Shown here: piece after piece, positions 1 through 7,949 of the stretch
Layout: each line of letters opens with the position of its first letter
Position numbering within the stretch: position 1 is the stretch's first letter
Source of the DNA: Nanobdellota archaeon
GTDB taxonomy: Archaea > Nanobdellota > Nanobdellia > Nanobdellales > Nanobdellaceae
DNA length: 32,000 nucleotides
Assembly (NCBI GenBank): GCA_042850255.1
Contig: AP031373.1
Location: forward strand, 300,001 to 332,000
Reading direction: 5' to 3'
Program-made: the position numbers and the translations under genes
The notes under the pieces: generated by a model
Seen by the model: the letters and a program-made list of their open reading frames with translations, nothing else
Told to the model about the DNA's origin: nothing
Databases searched by the model: none

Positions 1-1310
1 GAAATATCTCCCAATAAAGGTCCAAAATCTAAAATTTTATATCCATCTTTTACAAATTCTTCTATTAATTTTATATCTTTTTTATAGAATATCTTTCTAA
101 TTATATAAGATATAAAGTAAAACCTTGAAAAATAAGATCTTATTAATTTTATATCTTTCTTCCATGTTATTTTAATTGTTATAAAAAATACTAAGAGAAA
201 AATGGATACAGAAATAATAGAAGCAGATAGGTCTTGTGTTATTTCATATAATAAATAGTATAAGAATAAAACTAAAGAAAATGTTGATAAAAATATCTTG
301 TAAAATCTCTTTTTATTAAAATATTTTGAAGATAATTTTATTTTTATATAAGATATTATGTATAAAATATATATTAATATTGTAAATACAGAAAAATATG
401 ATAATATATCATTTATTTTAAGGAATAATAAGGAAATAAATATTAAAAATGTTGATAAAAATATATTAAATATTGGTACATCTTTATTATTTTTTATCCT
501 AAAAATATATGGCAATAATTTTTCTTCTGCTATATTTTTTAAAATATTGTTTGCAGTGTAAAACCATATATATGTTGTTAATATCCCCAAAGGTATAAAT
601 AAAAACAAAAAGTATGTATATAAGAAACTATTAGTTATATTTAACAAAGATAAATATAATAAAACAGAAAATATTGATACAATTATTGTTCCATAAAATG
701 TTGCATCTCCTGTTCTTTTACTATTAAAATGATTTGAATAATATGTTAATAAATCTACTCCAGAAAAAACTGAAGAAAAATAAATTATGGAATATGAAAA
801 AACATTAAAATTATTATTTATAATTTTAATTGGAATAAAAGAAAATGGTATTAAAATTATTAGAAATATTATAGATAAATATGAAATTATTTTTTCAAAA
901 TTACTCTCTATATCTATATTAATTAAATTTAATAATGGAAATAAAAATACTATTATATAAGGTAAAAATATTAAGTTACTACTTATCTCTTGTAAAGTTG
1001 ACAAAAGTAGATAATATTCTGAAGATATCGATGCGATTACGGATAAGTAATAAAATATACCGAATATTGGTAATAGATATTTAGACAATTTACTTATATA
1101 ATAAAATATTCCCATTTTATTTGGATCTCTAGTTATAGAATCCCTCAATAAATATGATAAAACTATAAAGGATATTGCAATCGGGATTGAAGATAGTAAT
1201 ATAAAGATTGGTTCTATATGGTATTTTTTTATTAATAATAATAGGAAAGGAATTGTAGGAACTATGACAGATGATATAAATATTATTATATAATCTCTAG
1301 TTTTTTCCAT
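1..1310 (-). CDS. Polytopic membrane protein, APC-type permease-like. The start codon is in the window and the 3' end runs off the left edge. It is absent from the supplied ORF track.
   Basis: I hand-translated the minus strand from the ATG at 1310-1308 (MEKTRDYIIIFISSVIVPTIPFLLLL...). The frame stays open for about 436 codons down to position 3, in DNA where other frames hit stops every few codons. There are many helix-length hydrophobic segments. 'NHFNSKRTGDATFYGTIIV' and 'EEKLLPYIFRIKNNKDVPIFNIFLSTFLIF' resemble conserved APC-superfamily loops. The last ~45 residues seen are hydrophilic (...EEFVKDGYKILDFGPLLGDI). Confidence 0.55.
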   Translation of the reverse strand, partial: MEKTRDYIIIFISSVIVPTIPFLLLLIKKYHIEPIFILLSSIPIAISFIVLSYLLRDSITRDPNKMGIFYYISKLSKYLLPIFGIFYYLSVIASISSEYYLLLSTLQEISSNLIFLPYIIVFLFPLLNLINIDIESNFEKIISYLSIIFLIILIPFSFIPIKIINNNFNVFSYSIIYFSSVFSGVDLLTYYSNHFNSKRTGDATFYGTIIVSIFSVLLYLSLLNITNSFLYTYFLFLFIPLGILTTYIWFYTANNILKNIAEEKLLPYIFRIKNNKDVPIFNIFLSTFLIFISLLFLKINDILSYFSVFTILIYILYIISYIKIKLSSKYFNKKRFYKIFLSTFSLVLFLYYLLYEITQDLSASIISVSIFLLVFFITIKITWKKDIKLIRSYFSRFYFISYIIRKIFYKKDIKLIEEFVKDGYKILDFGPLLGDI

Positions 1311-1400
1311 TTTTCCTTTATATATTCTAAAAAATATAGGAATCCGTATTAACTGATTAGTGATAAAAAATATAAGGATAAATTATAAATATATATAATC

Positions 1401-2477
1401 ATGAAAGTTGGTATAGCCTTAAGTCACTTCCAAATATCTAGTTATATTCCTAAGGAAGATTCATGGAATTATGGTAAATTGTTACCTAAACCAAACAGGG
1501 GAATAGAAAATTTATTGGGAGAAAATAAGGAAAAATTGTATAGAGTTTTAACGTTAGACGATACATTAAAATATGTAAGATTTTCTCCAATGTTATCTTA
1601 CATTGTTCAAAATGGAAAAATAAATAAAGAAAAATTAAAAGAGTATATAGAATTTTTTGAATATTTATATAATAGATCTGTAGAATCATTATTAGTTCCT
1701 ATTCATTTTACCTATCCCGTATCATGGGGGAAAATTCATTCAGAAGAATTTCCTAAGAATGCGATAAAAACATTTGAAGAAATAAAAGAGATGTTTGACC
1801 GCGCTAAGATGATCGAGACAATTAATGAACTACTACATTGGTTATTTTTTATAGAACCTTCTTATTTCTTAGGATCTCCTTTATACGCTTTAAAATATAT
1901 TGCAAAGATAAAGAAAGCGCTGGAAAATATAAAAGAAATTCATTTATATTTTTGGGATGAATTTCATAAAGAAAAAATTATAATAAACAATGTTTTTATA
2001 TATAGGGCAGGAGATGTATTTTCTCCATTAAATTATTTATTAAATAAAATATCAGAATCTGTAGAAAAATTACCTTCACATATAATAGGATTGCATTATT
2101 ATGGAACATTAAAATTATTTAGTACAAAACCAAGTGTATATAGAAACCCTTTATTTTCACTTATTCACTTAGATGTAAATGATTTAAGAAAATATATAGA
2201 AGATTATAGAAAAAAATATGGGAAGGAAATAATTATAACGGAAATTGGTATGAGTGCTAAAAATAAAAAAGATGAATATATAAGATATAGTTATATAGAC
2301 AGAGTATTAAAATTAGCATTAGAATTGGGATTATCTAGAGTTTATATTTGGAGTTCTATGAAAAATTTTGAATGGGGATTAGGATATGGTGAAGATTTTG
2401 GCTTTTGTTATGATCTAGATTTTAATAAAAAAGAAATGTGTGATAAATATATTGAACTATTTAAAAAGTATAATTAA
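1401..2477 (+). CDS. Divergent, short glycoside hydrolase family 1 (beta-glycosidase)-like protein
   Basis: GH1 landmarks appear in the correct order. 'YVRFSPMLSYI' matches the (F)RFSIsWsRI block. 'WLFFIEPSYF' matches the T(F)NEP acid/base block, with Glu at 1854-1856 and Asn replaced by Ile. 'IIITEIGMS' matches the ITENG nucleophile block, with Glu at 2241-2243. 'WSSMKNFEWGLGYGEDFGFCYDLDF' matches WSLxDNFEWxxGYxxRFGLvyVD. At 358 aa it is about 100 aa shorter than typical GH1 enzymes. Confidence 0.55.
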   Translation: MKVGIALSHFQISSYIPKEDSWNYGKLLPKPNRGIENLLGENKEKLYRVLTLDDTLKYVRFSPMLSYIVQNGKINKEKLKEYIEFFEYLYNRSVESLLVPIHFTYPVSWGKIHSEEFPKNAIKTFEEIKEMFDRAKMIETINELLHWLFFIEPSYFLGSPLYALKYIAKIKKALENIKEIHLYFWDEFHKEKIIINNVFIYRAGDVFSPLNYLLNKISESVEKLPSHIIGLHYYGTLKLFSTKPSVYRNPLFSLIHLDVNDLRKYIEDYRKKYGKEIIITEIGMSAKNKKDEYIRYSYIDRVLKLALELGLSRVYIWSSMKNFEWGLGYGEDFGFCYDLDFNKKEMCDKYIELFKKYN

Positions 2478-2488
2478 AAATATATTTT

Positions 2489-4240
2489 ATGTTAATAATT
2501 GCAGAAAAACCATCTGTAGCTAGAAAAATTTCATCATTTTTATCTAATAATAATTTTAAAAAAATAAATTATTCAAGATATATAAGTTATTATTATTTTA
2601 AAAGAGATAATAAAAATATTTTTGTAGTTCCATCAATTGGACATTTATTTACAATATCTGATTTAAGTAAAAAATATGAATATCCAACATTTAATTATAA
2701 ATGGGTGCCTTCATATATAGAAGATGGAATAAAAATAAAAAAATTATATATTGATATGTTTTCTAAATTTAGAAATGAAGAAGAAGTAATAGTTGCTACA
2801 GATTATGATATAGAAGGAGAATTAATTGGTTACAATATATTAAGATTTGTTTTAAATAAAAATAATGCAAAAAGAATGATATTTTCTGCAATAACATATA
2901 AAGATATATTAAGATCTTACAATAATTTAGGAAATTTAAATATTGGATATTACCTAGCTGGGGAAACTAGACATATAATAGATTGGTTGTATGGAATAAA
3001 TTTATCTAGAGCTTTAACAAGAGCAATAAGGCATTATAATAAAAATATAATTTTAAGTATTGGAAGAGTTCAAGGGCCAACATTAAAATTAGTATATTTA
3101 AGGGAAAGGGAAATAAAAGAATTTGTACCTGAAGAATATTATAAAATAGAAGCAGTAGTAAAAAAGGAAGGAAAAATGTTAAAATTTAAATATAAAAAGG
3201 AGAAAATAAAAGATAAAGAAGAAGCAAACAGAATTAAAGAATCTATAAATAATTATTTAAATGTTATAAATATAGAAAGTAAAAAAATAAATGTAGATCC
3301 TCCACATCCATATAATTTAACAGATATACAAATAGATTCTTATAGATTATATAAAATATCTCCTAAGAAAACCTTGGATATTTTACAAAGTTTATATGAA
3401 AAAGGGTATATATCATACCCAAGAACATCTTCCCAAAGATTACCAGATACAATAAATTTTAGAGAAATATTTGAAAATTTACTATCATTAAAAAATTATA
3501 GATATTATATTGAAAAATTATTAAAGAAAGGACATTTAAAACCAAATAATGGAAAAAAAGATGATGTACACCCTGCAATACATCCTACAGGAGTTATGCC
3601 AAAATATTTAGATAAAAAAGAATTTTTAATATATGATTTAGTAGTTAGAAGATTTATTTCAACATTTTCAGATCCTGCTTTAGAAATTTATTATAAAATA
3701 GATACAAAAGAAGGATTCTATTATGAATATAAGAATATAATAAATAAAGGGTGGATTGAAGTATATTGGGAAATAATGAAAAATAATTATGAAGAACATA
3801 AATTTTATGAAGGAGAAAAACTAGAAATATTAAAAATAAATATTAGAAAACAAAAGACAAAACCCCCTGCAAGATATAATCAAGCTTCATTGGTTAAAAA
3901 AATGGAAGAATTAAACTTGGGTACAAAATCTACTAGAGCAGAGATAGTTAATATATTATTTAAAAGAAATTATGTAAAGGGAAAATCTATATATTTAACA
4001 GATTTAGGAGAAAAAATAATAGAAATATTGGAAAAATATTATCCAGAAATATTGGATATAGAATTAACTAGAAAATTAGAGGAAAAGTTAGATAAATTAG
4101 AAAAAAACCCCAAGGAAGAAATAAAGGAAGAAATAATAGAAGAGGCAAAAGAAATATTAAAAAGTGTATTGACAGATTTTAAGAATAAAGAAGAAGTAAT
4201 TGGAGAGGAAATATATAATATAGTTAAAAGTTATAAATAA
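2489..4240 (+). CDS. Type IA DNA topoisomerase (Toprim plus Topo IA core). It could be topo III-like or the topoisomerase half of a split reverse gyrase.
   Basis: The N-terminus is 'MLIIAEKPSVARKI'. The Toprim acidic motif 'ATDYDIEGELIG' is present, as are 'GRVQGPTL' and the active-site tyrosine block 'GYISYPRTSSQRL'. I see no helicase domain and no C-terminal zinc fingers. Confidence 0.85.
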   Translation: MLIIAEKPSVARKISSFLSNNNFKKINYSRYISYYYFKRDNKNIFVVPSIGHLFTISDLSKKYEYPTFNYKWVPSYIEDGIKIKKLYIDMFSKFRNEEEVIVATDYDIEGELIGYNILRFVLNKNNAKRMIFSAITYKDILRSYNNLGNLNIGYYLAGETRHIIDWLYGINLSRALTRAIRHYNKNIILSIGRVQGPTLKLVYLREREIKEFVPEEYYKIEAVVKKEGKMLKFKYKKEKIKDKEEANRIKESINNYLNVINIESKKINVDPPHPYNLTDIQIDSYRLYKISPKKTLDILQSLYEKGYISYPRTSSQRLPDTINFREIFENLLSLKNYRYYIEKLLKKGHLKPNNGKKDDVHPAIHPTGVMPKYLDKKEFLIYDLVVRRFISTFSDPALEIYYKIDTKEGFYYEYKNIINKGWIEVYWEIMKNNYEEHKFYEGEKLEILKINIRKQKTKPPARYNQASLVKKMEELNLGTKSTRAEIVNILFKRNYVKGKSIYLTDLGEKIIEILEKYYPEILDIELTRKLEEKLDKLEKNPKEEIKEEIIEEAKEILKSVLTDFKNKEEVIGEEIYNIVKSYK

Positions 4241-4818
4241 TCTAGTATTTCTTCTAATATTTTTTCAGGTTTTTTATTAGAATCTATATATATTATATTA
4301 TCTTCTGGAAATATTTCTTTTAATTTTAAAAATTTATCTCTAACTTTCTTTAAGAAATCTAATCTTTCATAAAATGTTTTTTCTTTACCCCTTTCTTCAA
4401 TTCTTTTTAATGCAATTTCTGGATCTATATCTAATATAAATGTTATATCAGGTTTTCTAATATATTTACTTATTTCTTTTAACCAATTTATATCAAATCC
4501 TTCGTATAAAGATTGATAACAAAATGTAGAATAAATTGTTCTATCAGATATAATAATATATCCTTCTTTTAATTTTTGATTTACTTCTAAATCTTGTATT
4601 TGCCTATCTGCAGTAAATAATAAAGATAATACTAATCCATATTCTAGATTTTCATCATGAGGTTTTGATATTATTTCTTTAATTTTATCCTTTAATGGTC
4701 CAGGTTCCTTTTTGACAAATATTTTGTAATTTTTTTCTAAATTTTCCTTTAATAAATTTACAATTGTTGTTTTTCCTGATCCATCTATTCCATCAATTCC
4801 TATATATTTATATTTCAT
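4231..4818 (-). CDS. tmk: Thymidylate kinase
   Basis: It has the P-loop 'IGIDGIDGSGKTT', a DR(Y/H)-type motif 'ISDRTIYS' and a typical size of 195 aa. Its 3' end overlaps the convergent topoisomerase gene by 10 nt. Confidence 0.85.
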   Translation of the reverse strand: MKYKYIGIDGIDGSGKTTIVNLLKENLEKNYKIFVKKEPGPLKDKIKEIISKPHDENLEYGLVLSLLFTADRQIQDLEVNQKLKEGYIIISDRTIYSTFCYQSLYEGFDINWLKEISKYIRKPDITFILDIDPEIALKRIEERGKEKTFYERLDFLKKVRDKFLKLKEIFPEDNIIYIDSNKKPEKILEEILDYL

Positions 4819-6674
4819 ATGTCTAATCTAATTATATCACCAATTTTTGGCGCGTAAGATACTATTCCAAATTTTCTATATATACTTTCTGCCAATTCAT
4901 AAGGTTTTGGGACTTCTCCATGTATTACAAAAGCTTGTTTTGGTTTTGGTCTTAGATATTTTATAAAAGATAATGCTTCAAATTTGTCTGCATGACCAGA
5001 AAATCCATCATATTTATTTATTCTTAATTTCACATTTATCTTTCTATCATTTATTACTATTTCTCTTTCACCTTCTATTAATCTTCTTCCCAATGTACCC
5101 TGAGCCTGATAAGAAACTAAAGCTAATAAATTCTTTTCATCTTCTGCAGCATAAGAAAAATAATCTAAAATTGGACCTCCCTGCATCATACCAGATGTGG
5201 CAATTATAATTGAAGGTTCTTTAGATTCCATTATTTGTTCTCTTTCCTTTTTACTTGCTCTTATTACATTTTCTCTTTCAAAAGGATTATCCTTTAATTC
5301 AATTTTATTTCTTAATTCTTGATTTAAAAATTCTGGATATGCAGTATGAATCATAGAAGTTTCCCATACTATTCCTTCTAAATATATATTTACTTTTGGT
5401 AATAAATTATTTTCCATAGCTTCTAATAATGTTAATAATACATCTTGTCCTCTTCCAACTGCTAAAACTGGTATTAATACCTTTCCTCCCTTTTCCAGTG
5501 TTTCTTTTACATCATGTATAAATATACTTTCTGTTTCTTCTCTAGAAGGATGTTTATCATTATTACCACCATAGGTACTTTCAATTATTAATGTTTCTAA
5601 TCTTTGATATCTTGTATTTGGCCTATCCAATAATTTTGTTTGGTTAAATCTATAATCTCCAGTATATAATATATTATGTTTTCCCTCTATATTTATATGT
5701 ATCATTGATGAACCAATTATGTGATTTGCATTATATAAAGATATTTTAATATCGCTTGTAATATCCGTTACTTCTCCATAATTTATTGTTATTGTATGTT
5801 TTAAGAATTCTTTAACTTCTTTTGTAGTAAATACTGGAGTTTTATTTTGTTTATTACTTACTTTCAAATAATCTAATAAAACCAATGCTCCAATATCTCT
5901 AGTAGGTTCAGTTAAATATACAGGACCTTTCCAACCAATTCTAAATAAATATGGTATAAATCCTATATGATCTAAATGAGCATGAGATATTACAACTGCA
6001 TCCAAATTTTGTATATCAAATTCTGGAATATTTAAAAATGGATATCTATCTTCAGAATAATTTCCAACTCCAAGTCCACAATCCATTAATATATTGCTCT
6101 CCTTTGTTTGTAATAAAAATGAGGATCTTCCAACTTCTCTACTAGCACCTAAAAATATTATTCTGTAATGATTTAGCTTTTCAGGTTTCTTTTCTAATAT
6201 TCTTTCTCCAACATAATTTAAAAATTGAGATTTATATAAAGAATTCTTATGTAAATATGATCTTACAACATTTATTATTTTTGAAGATTTTAAAGGAGCC
6301 CTTTGTATATATATACTACATAAAGTCTCTTTTCTTAATGTATTTATTATATTTAAATCTATTTTTTCAGGTTCATAAGTTTCTATAACTAATACTGATC
6401 TATGTTTTTCTAAATATATATCCTTAATTTTTATTCCTTCCAATATTTTTTTAACTTTTTCTTTTATTTGATCTTCTTTTCCCAATAATTTTGGATCTAC
6501 TCTTATTTCTACTCTTTTTTTATATTTCTGTGCTAGATTTTTTCCAATTTCTATTCCATTTATAAATAGATCTTTGTTTTTTACATATATTATAATCTTA
6601 GCTCCCTCGAAACTTATTTTACTTACATCTCCTTCTTTAAATTCCTTAAGTATTTCTTCTTTAATATTCATCAT
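4815..6674 (-). CDS. Archaeal CPSF1-type beta-CASP ribonuclease (KH domains plus metallo-beta-lactamase plus beta-CASP)
   Basis: A KH-like region of ~170 aa sits at the N-terminus. The metallo-beta-lactamase motif 'VISHAHLDHIG' is present, followed by beta-CASP-type spacing and a terminal 'FSGHAD...VIHGE' block. The 619-aa length is typical of aCPSF1. A 4-nt overlap links it to tmk downstream. Confidence 0.85.
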   Translation of the reverse strand: MMNIKEEILKEFKEGDVSKISFEGAKIIIYVKNKDLFINGIEIGKNLAQKYKKRVEIRVDPKLLGKEDQIKEKVKKILEGIKIKDIYLEKHRSVLVIETYEPEKIDLNIINTLRKETLCSIYIQRAPLKSSKIINVVRSYLHKNSLYKSQFLNYVGERILEKKPEKLNHYRIIFLGASREVGRSSFLLQTKESNILMDCGLGVGNYSEDRYPFLNIPEFDIQNLDAVVISHAHLDHIGFIPYLFRIGWKGPVYLTEPTRDIGALVLLDYLKVSNKQNKTPVFTTKEVKEFLKHTITINYGEVTDITSDIKISLYNANHIIGSSMIHINIEGKHNILYTGDYRFNQTKLLDRPNTRYQRLETLIIESTYGGNNDKHPSREETESIFIHDVKETLEKGGKVLIPVLAVGRGQDVLLTLLEAMENNLLPKVNIYLEGIVWETSMIHTAYPEFLNQELRNKIELKDNPFERENVIRASKKEREQIMESKEPSIIIATSGMMQGGPILDYFSYAAEDEKNLLALVSYQAQGTLGRRLIEGEREIVINDRKINVKLRINKYDGFSGHADKFEALSFIKYLRPKPKQAFVIHGEVPKPYELAESIYRKFGIVSYAPKIGDIIRLDI

Positions 6675-6701
6675 GAATACCGAATTAATAATATTAAAAA
6701 A

Positions 6702-7319
6702 TTATTTTTTATTTAATTCTTCTTTTATTTCATAAATTTCTTTTTCTAAACCTTGATCAGTTAAAGTCCAGATTTCAATACCATAACCTGTACCTAGATC
6801 TCTTTTAATTGCAGCTAATACTGCTTTCTTAGCTAATTCTTTTGCTTCTTCTTTATCCATATCTTTTTTATATTCAGATTCTAATACACCTAAAGCAAAT
6901 GGCATTCCAGATCCTGTTGATATAAAATCCTCAAATTTTTCTAATCCTCCAGCTTCATCAATTGAATATATATTATATCCATCTTCATCTTTTCCAGCAA
7001 TTATTACTTCTGTGAAGAATGGGAACCATTTATAATAATTCATTAATGTAGCTAAGTAATTAGCAGCTTCTTCTGCGGTAGCATCAATTTTTGATTTTAA
7101 TTTCTTTAATTTTAGATTTGCTTGTAATATTTTAACTAATGTTTCTATATCTCCAACTAATCCAGCAGCACCCATTATTATTTTATCGTCTATCTGATGT
7201 AATTTCTGTGTTTTCTTATGATATACCATAAATCCTGCTGTTGTTTGTCTATCCGATGCTAATATTACTCCATCTTTAAATTTAATTGCAACAATTGTTG
7301 TTCCAGAATCTTCAGTCAT
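6702..7319 (-). CDS. psmB: Proteasome beta subunit (short propeptide, catalytic Thr)
   Basis: The start 'MTEDSG/TTIVAIKFKDGVILASDRQ' shows a short propeptide followed by the TT(I/V) N-terminal nucleophile block. 'GSG' and 'D..SGG'-like motifs are present. Length is 205 aa. Confidence 0.9.
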   Translation of the reverse strand: MTEDSGTTIVAIKFKDGVILASDRQTTAGFMVYHKKTQKLHQIDDKIIMGAAGLVGDIETLVKILQANLKLKKLKSKIDATAEEAANYLATLMNYYKWFPFFTEVIIAGKDEDGYNIYSIDEAGGLEKFEDFISTGSGMPFALGVLESEYKKDMDKEEAKELAKKAVLAAIKRDLGTGYGIEIWTLTDQGLEKEIYEIKEELNKK

Positions 7320-7348
7320 AGAATTATTATGGACAATATATTTATAAG

Positions 7349-7927
7349 TTATGTTTTGGCATACTTCTTTATTACTTTTTCTTGAAAATCTAATATTATC
7401 TTATTTATATTATCGTATATATCTTTTACACTTTTTTCTACACCTTTTATTCCTGCACATACGAATTCTCCATTTTTAAATACATTAAATTTTACTGTAT
7501 AATCTGAAGATATTTTATATGGAATAATTACTGCAGGGAAGGATTCTGGATTGTATGAAGAATCTTCTGTTTCTTCTGCCAATTTTACTATATCTAAATT
7601 ATCATAATCAAACTTACCATTTACAACAATATTTTGTAATTTTATTTTATATTCTTTAGGTAATTCTATTCCTATTTCTTCGAATATTTTTCTTAACATT
7701 TCTATAACTTCTTCTAATTCGTCTATTTTCTTTAATCCAGCAATATTTATAGTACCACTATTAAATATTAATGCTTTTATTTTTCCATCTTTTAAAGGTA
7801 GTATTAATCCTGGGAATGTTTCTGGATCATAAGATGAATAAGGTATTCCATTTGCTATTTTATCTAATGGTAATCTTATGTTAAAGTATATTGTAGCAAC
7901 AATATTAGAAACATCCCATTTAACCAT
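7349..7927 (-). CDS. tbp: TATA-box binding protein
   Basis: Two internal repeats each carry a 'NIVA/NIVV' strand, 'Y(D/N)PE(T/S)FP(G/A)' and '(F)NSG/KNG...AG' blocks. Length is 192 aa. Confidence 0.85.
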   Translation of the reverse strand: MVKWDVSNIVATIYFNIRLPLDKIANGIPYSSYDPETFPGLILPLKDGKIKALIFNSGTINIAGLKKIDELEEVIEMLRKIFEEIGIELPKEYKIKLQNIVVNGKFDYDNLDIVKLAEETEDSSYNPESFPAVIIPYKISSDYTVKFNVFKNGEFVCAGIKGVEKSVKDIYDNINKIILDFQEKVIKKYAKT

Positions 7928-7949
7928 TTTTTATATATTTTAAAAAACT

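Noticed and set aside
358-561. A 67-aa plus-strand ORF from the track
   Set aside because: It lies entirely antisense to the ~436-codon minus-strand membrane-protein ORF. Its sequence is a low-complexity I/N/K-rich translation of the kind expected by chance in AT-rich DNA.
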